From contig JAXLNO010000529.1 in NCBI GenBank assembly GCA_038087875.1, positions 248,001 through 312,000 on the forward strand: a DNA stretch of 64,000 nt, given 5' to 3'. The position numbers were made by a program, and so were the translations under genes. This document shows positions 1-10,135 of the stretch, piece by piece. The DNA comes from Malacoraja senta (lineage: Eukaryota). The notes beneath the pieces were generated by a model. That model did no database searches, was not told the origin of the DNA, and saw only the letters and a program-made list of their open reading frames with translations. Each line of letters begins with the position of its first letter. Position 1 is the stretch's first letter.

Positions 1-152
1 GAGGAAAAGGTAGGGGGGAGAGAGAGGACGAGAGAGAGGGAGGGAGAGGGAGGGAGAGAGGGAGGGAATGAGTGAGAGAAAGTTTGGGAGAGTTTTGAGA
101 AACTTTTGAGAAACTTTTGAGAAAGTATTGAAGGGAGAGAGGGAGAGAGGAG

Positions 153-183
<31 letters not shown>

Positions 184-203
184 AGGGAAGAGAGGGAGAG
201 AGA
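1..203. repeat. GA-rich simple repeat / polypurine tract
   Basis: (GA)n/(GGGA)n runs with a short GAGAAACTTTT-type triplication. Confidence 0.9.
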
Positions 204-228
204 AGTATTCACCTCTTCCTACCTCTCT

Positions 229-372
229 GGTCATCACGATAGCGCAGCGGTAGAGTTGCCGCCAGAGATCCCGGTTCCATCCCGACCACGGGCGCTGTCT
301 GTACGGAGTTTGCATGTTCTCTCTCCCCTTGACCTGCGTGGGTTTTCTCTGGGCGCTCCGGTTTCCTCCCTC
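229..372 (+). mobile_element. tRNA-derived SINE 5' part (V-SINE/HE1-like)
   Basis: A-box TAGCGCAGCGGTAGAG, B-box-like GGTTCCATCCC, then the conserved core TGTACGGAGTTTGCATGTTCTC...CTCCGGTTTCCTCCC. Confidence 0.8.
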
Positions 373-763
373 CAGGGACGGATTTACGTATGAGCCAGAC
401 AAGCTTACGTTTAGGGCCTCGAGATCTTGGGGGGCCCCGGCCCGCTCCACCAAGGTGTACTAAACTTTTGACAAAGTGGCGTTGTCACAATCCCTACAAA
501 GTGGCGTTGTGCTTGCGATTCCGGGGGCTTTGGTGTTGTGGGGAGGGGGGGGATTAAAATGCAGGTGAGGGTTATATTCGTTGTGGACAGGAACTCCTAC
601 TCTTTGCCCGCTGACCCTGGCCATTCCACCACCCTCCAGCAGCCCGCAGCCGTCGCCTCGCCTGCAGCCTGGACTCAGCACCAGGCCTGAAGTTTCCACG
701 CTGCAGACTCCAACTCCCCTGGGTTTGACTGCGCTGGGTCCTAGTACTAGATGCCCAACGTAA

Positions 764-916
764 CCTTGTGGCTAAAGGGATCAGGGGGAATGGAGAGAAG
801 GCAGGGATGGGATACGGAGTTGGATGATCAGCCATGATCATATCGAATGGCGGTGCAGGCTCGAAGGGACCGAATGGCCTACTCCTGCACCTATTGTCTA
901 TGCTTCTATGTTTCTA
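764..916 (+). mobile_element. CR1 LINE 3' end
   Basis: 3' UTR CTCGAAGGGACCGAATGGCCTACTCCTGCACC with a (TTTCTATG)-type tail; matches other CR1 ends in the window. Confidence 0.85.
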
Positions 917-1055
917 ACCCTGGTAACCTCAGTGGCCATTCCACTGGGTCTTCAACATCCCCCTCAAACCATGTGACCCCAGCTCTTCCCCACCCACACT
1001 ACAGTCCTCATATCCCCCTACCCCCTGACCACCCACCAACCCCCACCAGATATCA

Positions 1056-1432
1056 GAGAAACATAGAAAATAGGTGCAGGAGTAGAGGCCATTCGGCCCT
1101 TCGAGCCTGCACCGCCATTCAATATGATCATGGCTGATCATTCAACTCAGCATCCTGTACCTGCCTTCTCTCCATAGCCCCTGATACCTTTAGCCACAAG
1201 GGCCACATCTAACTCCCTCTTAAATATAGCCAATGAACTGGCCTCAACTACCTTCTGTGGCAAAGAATTCCAGAGATTCACCACTCTCTGTGTGAAAAAT
1301 GTTTTTCTCATCTCGGTCCTAAAAGATTTCCCCCTTATCCTTAAACTGTGACCCCTTGTCCTGGGACTTCCCCAACATCGGGAACAATCTTCCTGCATCT
1401 AGCCTGTCCAACCCCTTAAGAATTTTGTAAGT
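1056..1432 (-). mobile_element. CR1 LINE 3' fragment
   Basis: ORF2 C-terminus TRGHSLRIRG...FFTQRVVNLWNSLP followed by 3' UTR and tail. Confidence 0.9.
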
Positions 1433-4093
1433 TCAAGTTCAAGTGAGTTTATTGTCATGTGTCCCTGATAGGACAATGAAATTCTTGCTTTGCTTCAGCA
1501 CAACAGAACATAGTAGGCATTGACTACAAGGCATTCTATAAATATATACACACATGAATCAATATACTGATAAAGTGCAAATAACAGTATTGGCTAATAA
1601 TGTTCAGTGTTATGTCCGAGCCAGGTTTAATAGCCTGATGGCTGTGGGGAAGTAGGTATTCCTGAACCTGGTCGTTGCATTCTTCAGGCTCCTGTACCTT
1701 CTACCTGAAGGTAGTAGGGAGATGAGTGTGTGGCCAGGATGGTGTGGGTCCTTGATGATGCTGCCAGCCTTTTTGAGGCAGCGACTGCGATAGAACCCCT
1801 CGATGGAAGGGAGGTCAGAGCCGATGATGGACTGGGCAGTGTTTACTACTTTTTGTAGTCTTTTCCTCTCCAGGGCGCTCAAGGTGCCGAAACAAGCCAC
1901 GATGCAACCGGTCAGCATGCTCTCTACTGTGCACCTGTAGAAGTTAGAGAGCGTCCTCCTTGACAAACCGACTCTCCGTAATCTTCTCAGGAAGTAGAGG
2001 CGCTGATGTGCTTTCTTAATAATGGCATCAGTGTTCTCGGACCAGGAAAGATCTTCAGAGATGTGCACGCCCAGGAATTTAAAGCTCTTGACCCTTTCAA
2101 CCATCGACCCGTTGATATAAACGGGACTGTGGGTCCCCATCCTACTCCTTCCAAAGTCCACAATCAGTTCCTTGGTTTTGCTGGTGTTGAGGGCCAGGTT
2201 ATTGTGCTGGCACCAGATGGACAGTTGCCCGATCTCTCTTCTATACTCTGACTCGTCCCCATCAGTGATACGTCCCACAACAGTGGTGTCGTCAGCGAAC
2301 TTGATGATGGAGTTCGCACTGTGTCGGGCTACGCAGTCATGAGTATAGAGTGAGTACAGCAGGGGGGCTGAGCACGCAGCCTTGAGGTGCTCCCGTGTTG
2401 ATTGTTATCGAGTCTGACACATTTCCACCAATACGAACAGACTGGTCTGTGAATGAGGAAGTCGAGGATCCAATTGCAGAGGGATGCGCAGAGACCCAGT
2501 TCTGCGAGTTTGTTAACCAGCTTGAAGGGGATGATTATATTAAATGCCGAGCTGTAATCGATGAATAACATGAGTTTTTGTTGTCCAAGTGGTGCAGAGC
2601 GGAGTGCAGAGACAGCGACATCACATCCACCGTTGATCTGTTGTGGCGGTAAGCGAACTGGAGTGGGTCCAGGTTTTTGTCGAGGTAGGAGTTGATTTGC
2701 GTCATGATCAACCTCTCAAAGCACTTCATCACCACAGGCGTTAGTGCCACAGGTCGATAGTCATTGAGGCACGTCACCTTACTCTTCTTGGGCACCGGTA
2801 TAATTGATGCCCTTTTGAAGCAGGTGGGAACCTCAGACCTCAGAGGTGAGATGTTGAAAATGTCCGTAAAAACTCCAGACAGTTGGTCCACACAGGTTAT
2901 TAGAACACGACCAGGTATACCATCAGGTCCAGGCGCTTTTCGAGGGTTCACCCCTCTGAAGGATTTCCTGACGTCGGCCTCTGTGACTGAGACTGAAATA
3001 CCATCACAGCGAATGGGGGATCGGGACGGCACATCAGTGTTCTCCCTATCAAAGCGTGCGTAGAAAGCATTGAGGTCATCAGGGAGTGATGTTTCGCCGA
3101 CATTCGAGCTGCCTCCTGATTTCGACTTGTAAGAGGTGATTGCATTCAGGCCCTGCCACAGCCGCCGAACATCTGTCTCTTCCTCCAGTTTGGAGCAGAA
3201 GTCCCTTTTGGCCTTTTTGGTGGCCTTACCAATGTCGTATCTGGACTTCTTGTAGGCCACTGTATCATCGGACATGAATGCCCGGTGTCTGGACTTCAGA
3301 AGAGTGCGGATCTCAAAGTTCATCCAAGGTTTCTGATTGGGAAACGCTCGGAAGGTTTTGGTGGGGATGCAGTCGTCCACACACTTCTTAATGAAGTCTG
3401 TAACGACTGTGGCGTATTCGTTCAAGTCCGTTGCCGAGTCCTTGAACATTGCCCAGTCTACAGACTCCAAACAGTCCTGGAGTTGTTCCTCTGCCCCCTC
3501 CGACCAGTTCTGTACTGTCCTCACCTCTGGGGGTGCGCTCTTTAATTGCTGCCTGTAGGCAGGAAGAAGCAGCACCGCGGTATGGTCGGATTTACCGAAG
3601 TGAGGGCGAGGGATAGAACGATAGGCATTCTTGATGGTGGTGTAGCAGTGGTCGAGGGTGTTTGATCCTCTGGTGCAGCAGGAGACATGTTGGTGGAAGT
3701 TAGGGAGTGATTTCTTTAGGTTTGCCTTATTGAAGTCCCCGGCTATGGTGGTAAACGCCTCGGGGTAAGACGTCTGGTGTTTGTTGACCACGGCGTGCAG
3801 CTACCCCAGTGCCAGACGGACGTCTGCCTGGGGTGGGATGTAGACCGCGGTCAGGATGATGGAGGTGAATTTCCTCGGAAGGTAGAAGGGACGACACTTC
3901 ACCGCCAGATGTTCGAGGTGTGGAGAGCAGGAGTTGGACAGGACTGCCACGTCTGAGCACCACGCAGAGTTGACCATGAGGCAGAAGCCCCCTCCTCTCC
4001 CTTTCCCAGATGCCAGTGTACGGTCCATACGATGGATGGAGAACCCTTCAGGCTGGACCGCTGAATCTGGGGAGCTGGGGGTGAGCCAGGTCT
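1429..4093 (-). mobile_element. Rex1/Babar-type LINE, 5'-truncated, disrupted APE endonuclease-RT ORF
   Basis: APE motifs (GDFN, TLDHCY, SDH) at 2535-4148; RT motifs (DYRPVALT, QFAYR, KFADD); C-terminus 1610-2278; (CTTGAA)n tail. Stop at ~3801, 10-bp deletion at ~2570 relative to the copy at 34.1-35.7 kb, and a frameshift near 2365. Confidence 0.92.
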
Positions 4094-4106
4094 TGGTGCA
4101 AACTGT

Positions 4107-4297
4107 TAAAGAAGGAACTGCAGATGCTGGAAAATCGAAGGTACACAAAAATGCTGGAGAAACTCAGCGGGTGCAGCAGCATCTATGGAGCGAAGGAAAT
4201 AGGTAACGTTTGGTTTCGGCCCGAAACGTTACCTATTTCCTTCGCTCCATAGATGCTGCTGCACCCGCTGAGTTTCTCCAGCATTTTTGTGTACCTT
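4107..4297. mobile_element. Penelope-derived fold-back insertion with 15-bp target-site duplication
   Basis: Perfect ~74-bp inverted arms (~4138-4211 and ~4224-4297), flanked by the direct repeat CTTGGTGCAAACTGT at 4092-4106 and 4295-4309. Confidence 0.8.
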
Positions 4298-4522
4298 GGT
4301 GCAAACTGTGCGGTTTGATTTGGAGAAAACTGAAAGTTGCAGAAGAAATTGGATGATGATGAGACTGGTGACTGGTGGGTTTACCTTGTGTGAAACTCAG
4401 GAGATAATTGCACTCAATATTGGAATAACTGAGTAAATTCAGCACTTTTTTTCACATCTACTGGTTTGTGTTCTCCTCAACCCACAAACTCACATCGTTT
4501 TAAACAGCCAAACCACCCAAAT

Positions 4523-4790
4523 CACAGTGGCACAGATGTTAGAGCTGCTGCCTCACAGTGCCGGAGACCAGGGTTCAATCCTGACCTCGGGTGCTCTCTG
4601 GGTGGAGATAGCACGCTCCCTGTGGCCACGAATGAGTGGGGATGTAGGTTACTGGACCTCCATAAATTGCTTGTAGTGTGTAGGGAGCGGATGGGAAAGT
4701 GAGAGAACAAAACGAGTGTGAACGGGTGATCAGAGGTCGGCACGGACAGAGGGCTGAAGGGCAAGTTTCCATGCTGTGTCTCAAAACTAA
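4523..4790 (+). mobile_element. V-SINE/HE1-like SINE, diverged
   Basis: tRNA head (GTGGCACAG...GGTTCAATCCT) and 3' end GGGCTGAAGGGCAAGTTTCCATGCTGTGTCTC followed by AAACT repeats. Confidence 0.7.
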
Positions 4791-4905
4791 ACTCAATCAG
4801 AACATCACTACAGATGCAAGAAGATTAACACATACTCATCATTACACAACAATAGATACTCTCATTCCCCAATGCCCTTGACATTTGTTATCCTCCAATA
4901 ACCTT

Positions 4906-5541
4906 TAGACAATAGACAATAGGTGCAAGAGTAGAGGCCATTCGGCCCTTCCAGCCAGCACCGCCATTCAATGTGATCATAGCTGATCATCCCCAATCAG
5001 TACCCCGTTCCTGCCTTCTCCCCATATCCCCTGACTCTGCTATCTTTAAGAGCCCTATCCAGCTCTCTCTTGAAAGCATCTAGAGAACCTGCCTCCACCG
5101 CCCTCTGAGGCCGAGAATTCCACAGACTCACAACTCTGTGAGAAAAAGTGTTTCCTGGTCTCTGTTCTAAATGGCTTACTCCTTATTCTTAAATTGTGGC
5201 CCCTGGTTCTGGACTCCCCCAACATCGGCAACATGTTTCCTGCCTCTAGAGTGTACATACCCATAACAATCTTATATGTTTCAATGAGATGCCCTCTCAT
5301 CCTTCTAAACTCCAGAGTGTACAAGCCCAGCTGCTCCGTTCTCTCAGCATATGACAGTCCCGCCATCCCGGGAATTAACCTGGTGACCCTACACTGGGCT
5401 CCCTCAATAGCAAGAATGTCCTTCCTCAAATTAGGGGACCAAAACTGCCCACAATACTCCAGGTGTGGTCTCACCAGGGCCCTGTACAACTGCAAAGGAC
5501 CTCTTTGCTCCTAGACTCAACTCCTCTTGTTATAAAGGCCA
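4906..5541 (-). mobile_element. CR1 LINE 3' fragment
   Basis: ORF 5055-5495 reads LYRALVRPHLEYC...TRGHNLRI; (ATTGTCT)n tail. Confidence 0.92.
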
Positions 5542-5547
5542 TATAAT

Positions 5548-5972
5548 TTAATTTTATTTATTAGTAGTGTACATTACAATAATATATGCCAAAATAACAT
5601 AATACATTTCCTGTACCACTTTATATATTAAACTTTGAAAAGAAGAAAATAAAGAGAATTAAATAAGATAGTAAGTGTGTGAAAGAGTGATCAAAAGAGA
5701 CCCTTAGACATGAAAAGTTCGAAAAAGAGTTAAGAAACAAGCCATAGAAAAAGAAAAAGAGAAAAAGGAAACAGAAGATATATTAAAAGTTTTTTAAAAA
5801 AGAGCTAAAAGGGATAAACCAACTTTGTGTTTTTCCTCCCCCCCTCACCAGCTCCTGAAACCATTTATTTTCAGAATTCTGTTGCACCTTATACTTGTAG
5901 TAAGTCGATAAATGGAGACCAAATCTTTTGGAAATGGTCTGGTTTGCCTGCTAGAAGGAATCTCGATATTCC
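5548..5972 (-). mobile_element. L1-like LINE 3' end
   Basis: Minus strand reads RFLLAGKPDHFQKIWSPFIDLLQV*, like the F-x-K-x-W-x-PF C-terminus of fish L1 ORF2, followed by a T-rich 3' UTR and AATAAA. Confidence 0.6.
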
Positions 5973-6047
5973 ACTCCTACAACCATTTATTAGACTGTAC
6001 CAGTCTGTTCTGCTTTAGATTTTACATAGAAACGTAATGAATAATGA

Positions 6048-6268
6048 AGAGAGACACAAAATGCTGGAGCAACTCAGCGAGACAGGCAGTATCTGGAGAG
6101 AAAGAATGGGTGATGTTTCGGGTCGAGACCCTTCTTCAGACCCAGACTTTGACCCGAAATGTCACCCATTCCTTCTCTCCAGAGATGCTGCCTGCCCCGC
6201 CCAGTTACTCCCGCCCAGTTACTTTTGTGTCTATATTCGGTGTAAAGCAGCATCTACAGTTCCTTCCA
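6048..6268. mobile_element. Penelope-derived inverted-repeat element containing a hammerhead-like core
   Basis: Inverted arms of the ATGCTGGAG.AACTCAGCG family; minus strand CTGAAGAAGGGTCTCGACCCGAAACATC at 6112-6139. Confidence 0.7.
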
Positions 6269-6779
6269 ACATGAAACTTTATCAATGTATTTCTGTCTCC
6301 ATTGTTTCCACTAGAAACTTAATGAAACTAAATTATCAGCATCTGCCATTTTACCCATTTGGGCTTTCTGGTCAATCTAATGTAGCCATGCTCATGTGAA
6401 TTTTATTTTTCCCATTTCTCCGGCAATCCTCTGGGACTGATTGAGGATGTTCAACGTCCTCGCCAATCTGTTGCCCACTCATCACCACTTCAAATGGTGA
6501 CGTTTGTTTTACAGAAATGCAAGATGGTTATGTGGGTTATTCTCAGAGGCTGTGAAGGTCTTGGTCCACTCTGTGATGTTGAACTTGGAGAAAACTGCAA
6601 GATGCAGGAACTATTTGGATGCTAATGAAAATATTGGCTGCAGGTTCCTCCTTGAGTGAAATTAAAAGCTCGGGAGAAAATTGCATTCAATATTGTACTA
6701 AGTTTGAAAATAATGTATGATCATGATTCTCAAATGCACCTCATTTGTAACCCCCTAAACCCACCGTGATCCGATACAT

Positions 6780-6943
6780 TTGGATATAGATATAAACTGC
6801 TATAATTGTATATGGACATATAATGGTATATGGACACACTGATCTGTTTTGTAGCCAATGCCTACTATGTTCTGTTGTGCTGAAGCAAAGCAAGAATTTC
6901 ATTGTCCTATCAGGGACACATGCCAATAAACTCACTTGAACTT
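6780..6943 (+). mobile_element. Rex1/Babar 3' UTR and tail
   Basis: Reverse complement of the 1430-1530 tail, including AATAAA and CTTGAA. Confidence 0.8.
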
Positions 6944-6967
6944 AAACCTGAGCTAAAGCTCTAACAT

Positions 6968-7095
6968 AGTCAAGTCAAGTCAAGTGAGTTTATTGTCATG
7001 TGTCCCTGGTAGGACAATGACATTCTTGCTTTGCTTGAGCACAACAGAACATAGTAGGCATTTACTACAAGGCATTCTATAAATATATACACAAC
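6968..7095 (-). mobile_element. Rex1/Babar 3' UTR and tail
   Basis: Near-identical to 1436-1550, with a (CTTGA)n tail. Confidence 0.8.
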
Positions 7096-7289
7096 ATAGC
7101 TGGAAGGCGTGAATATTGACCATGTTTCCTTCCTTACAAAACAGCAGATTCCCTCGTTTGCCATTATCTTAGACATTTGTCACCCACTAATAGCATTTAA
7201 TATAAGGAGGTTCCACGTCTAAACTTATCCAATGTATTTGTGACCCCAGGAAATTCCAAATTTGTTTTGTCAAAATTAGCTTTTACAAG

Positions 7290-7830
7290 ATTCAATTCAA
7301 TTCAACTTTATTGTCATTGCACAAATGCGAGTATAGCTACAACGAAATGCAGTTTAGCGTCTGGTCATAGTGCAAGAGAGTAGAAGTAAAAATAAAAATA
7401 TAAAATAAGCATACAATAAAAATAAATAAAAATACTGGTTAACAATGTGTGGATTGTGGATGAATTAAAACTGATACATAGGCAAATAACTGTATACAAA
7501 TGGGAGAGTCTAAAGATAGCTAGCGACAGGACTCTGAGTTCAGCAGTGTAATGGTGTTATTGAAAAAGCTGTTCCGCATCCTGCTTGTGCGAGACCTGAG
7601 GCTCCTGTACCGCCTCCCTGATGGGAGGAGGGCAAATGGTCCATGGTTAGGGTGAGAGGGGTCCTTGATGATTTTCCCGGCCCGTCTCAGACACCATTTT
7701 CGGTGGAGGGCATCCAGGGCAGGGAGCGGAGCACCGATGATGTGCTGAGCGGTTTTCACCACCCGTTGCAGTGCTTTCCTGTCAGCTGTGGTGCAGCTGC
7801 TGTACCATACCGTGAAGCAGGTGGTCAGGA
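7290..7830 (-). mobile_element. Rex1/Babar-type LINE 3' fragment (second subfamily)
   Basis: ORF 7520-7762 IIKDPSHP...LLPSGRRYRSL...RNSFF; (TTGAA)n tail. Confidence 0.85.
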
Positions 7831-7834
7831 TAGA

Positions 7835-8760
7835 TATAATAATTTATTGCCACTCAACCAGTGTCTGTGGAATTTGGGTTGTCAGCAGCAGTACAATAAT
7901 AAAGAACACACAACCACAATAAAAATGTAACACAAACATCCACCACAGCATTCATCACTGTGGTGGTAGGCACAACATTTGGCCAGTCCTCCTCCATTTC
8001 CCCCCCGTGGACAGGACCAGAGTCAGTCCAGGATCGGCTCTTCCTCACCGGAGACCGCGGCTTTAAGATGGTGTAGGCCGCAGGCCGGCAGTCGAGATTT
8101 AAAGACTCCGTCGCAGCCAGAAGCACCGTAGACTGTGAGGGTGGTCCGGCTCAGGGCTGGAACAGTGCTCCCGTGAGCGCCCAAGTCGGGGCGGCCCGGC
8201 CAGGGGAAGAAGCGACGCCCATGTCGGGGCGGCCCGGCCCGGGGAAGAAGCGACGCCCAAGTCGGGGCGGCTCGGCCCGCAGGGAGAAGCGACGCCCATG
8301 TCGGAGCGGCCCGGCCCTGGGGAGGTTCGGCGCCCATGTCGGGGCGGCCCAGCCCGAGGCTGAAGACGGCACGGTACTCACGTGAGGGTGGCTAGGACGG
8401 TGTTCTGGCGGTGGTGGCCTGAGTCCGGGGTTCGGCCGCAGGCCAGCGGCTGCGTCTGCAGGACTGGTGGGCGGCAGCTTCGACCACTCGGGACGCGGTG
8501 TTTGAGCCGCGGGAAACATCGCCCGGGGGGTATCGCCTCAGCGCAGAGGTAGAAGAGGAGGGAAGAGACTGCAGACCTAAGACTTTTGCCTCCATCACAG
8601 TGAGGAGATGTTGGGTGGACTCACTGTGGTGGATGTTAATATGTGTTTATTGTTGTTTTATGTATGACTGTTGCAATTTCGTTCAGACTTCGGTCTGAAT
8701 GACAATAAAGGGCTATCTAATAAGAATAAGACTGCAGGGCCGGCGGTCGAAGCTCCCCTC
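7835..8760. mobile_element. GC/CpG-rich non-autonomous element(s) with LINE-like 3' tails pointing outward
   Basis: Related tail sequences on minus (7835-7990) and plus (8580-8725), both with CCATCACAGTGA/CTGTGGTGG stems and AATAAA; CpG-rich core between them. Confidence 0.45.
8178..8355. repeat. 38-39-bp GC-rich minisatellite, ~4.5 copies
   Basis: GCGACGCCC recurs at 8212, 8250 and 8289; unit is approximately GCGACGCCCATGTCGGGGCGGCCCGGCCCGGGGAAGAA. Confidence 0.85.
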
Positions 8761-8764
8761 CAGA

Positions 8765-9100
8765 GGTGATGGATGTTTTTCTACTGCCTGCAACATAATA
8801 TTTACTACTTGTTTTCCCCTTCTGTGAAAAGGAATTGATCTAACTGTTCTTGTCAGACCTAAAGGATCTTCAAGGAGGCTATTTAACAATTCCCCTTCCC
8901 CCTCAGGGTCCTCTCCTAGGTACCTCCCTCAGGGGTCTAATTTCTACCGATCTTCTTATCTTCCCCTTCCGACCTTTTGACTCCCCATCCTGGTGGTTGG
9001 GTGATCTTCGTCCACCCCGGCCCCTGTCTTCTCTCTTCCCTGGGTATTTTGGCCCCCTGCGGCTCTGCATTTGCCCCAACGGACTATACCTTATCATTGT
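8765..9100 (-). pseudogene. gag: ERV-A gag (capsid) remnant, gamma-like
   Basis: Minus strand gives PLREVP, then LLEDPLGL/EQLDQFL across a frameshift, then FTEGE-like residues; these match class I ERV capsid N-terminal motifs. Confidence 0.65.
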
Positions 9101-9523
9101 TGTCTACTCCAACCCCTGGGTATTTCCTGCCCCCCAGTGGTTCAGCATTTGCCCCAACGGACTATTGGGCAGAATGCGGGGATTTGGCCTACAGGCTTTT
9201 CCCCTCCCTTTTCAGTTTGCCTTGCCGGTACAGACCCCTGAATCCTTCAGGGCGTTAACCACAAGGTCTTTTCAATCGCCCAGGAAGTACTTTATTAGTC
9301 GTTATTCCTACCTGGGTTCTGTGCACAGAAATTGCTCGATTGACTTTTCGCGATCTCCAACTAATCTCCAACCACTTTCACTTCTTTGCCGAGTCTCTGT
9401 TTGGTCCGGGCATCACTCGCTCAAACCTTCTGACGGTTAAGCAAGGAGTCTGAGACCGCTGAACTCAGCGGGGTGCACCTTCTCTTCGTCCGTGTACTCC
9501 CGTCAGCTGTCCAGAGTAATTAA

Positions 9524-9543
9524 ATCCCGGAACCGAGCCCCCA
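9524..9543 (-). promoter_or_regulatory. Primer-binding site, tRNA-Pro type
   Basis: Minus strand TGGGGGCTCGGTTCCGGGAT versus MLV PBS-Pro TGGGGGCTCGTCCGGGAT, 3 nt after the LTR CA end. Confidence 0.85.
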
Positions 9544-9546
9544 AAT

Positions 9547-9989
9547 TGTGAGATTCAAAATCACAAACGCTTTAGAGACAAAGTCAGGCAAATACGTTTT
9601 TATTAAGATAATATTCTGTAGAATAGGTGCCTCTCCTCTGCGGTCCCCTAGAGGCACAACGAAGATGGAGATGCTTTCTATCTTTATACATTTCATTTCA
9701 CTATTGTCACACCCTCATCTCTCCACATTGAGCTTCTTCCAATCATAACATAAAGCCTACATTCCCACGAGAACGTCCTGGAACGTCCACCCAACGTCAA
9801 AGACTCCTAAGGCTTCTGCTGAAGTTTCTATCTGTTTGCTACTTTTTTATCTAGAATTTCTCTCTGTTCTGTATATTGTTACTTTATTCTACCAGCAGTC
9901 TGGCTTCTGCTGACACCTTATTTCTTTCTAAGTTATACTTTTCAGAGTTCTAGTATAAATCAACCATCCCTATTAACCCTTTTCTCACA
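9547..9989 (-). mobile_element. ERV-A 5' LTR (443 bp)
   Basis: 7-bp inverted termini TGTGAGA...TCTCACA; minus-strand TATAAA (9683-9688) and AATAAA (9599-9604); abuts the PBS. Confidence 0.85.
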
Positions 9990-10135
9990 ATTTCCACCTC
10001 TGTGCCCTAATTTCCTCTCAATTCCTCCCTCCCTCCGAACGGGGCTTTCTCCCGGGGAAGAACCCGGGGTCAGCAGGGCTCCAGGGGTGAGATTAAGGAA
10101 GGATGGAAGATTGGCCAACTATGGAGGTTGACAAC

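Noticed and set aside
373..450. hAT-like terminus CAGGGACGGATTTACG (and CAGGGCTCTCGCT at ~11225)
   Set aside because: I found no matching inverted terminus or TSD, so it cannot be supported.
8850..9440. 196-aa plus-strand ORF
   Set aside because: It is antisense to the ERV-A leader/gag, starts at a non-ATG codon and has no recognisable domain.
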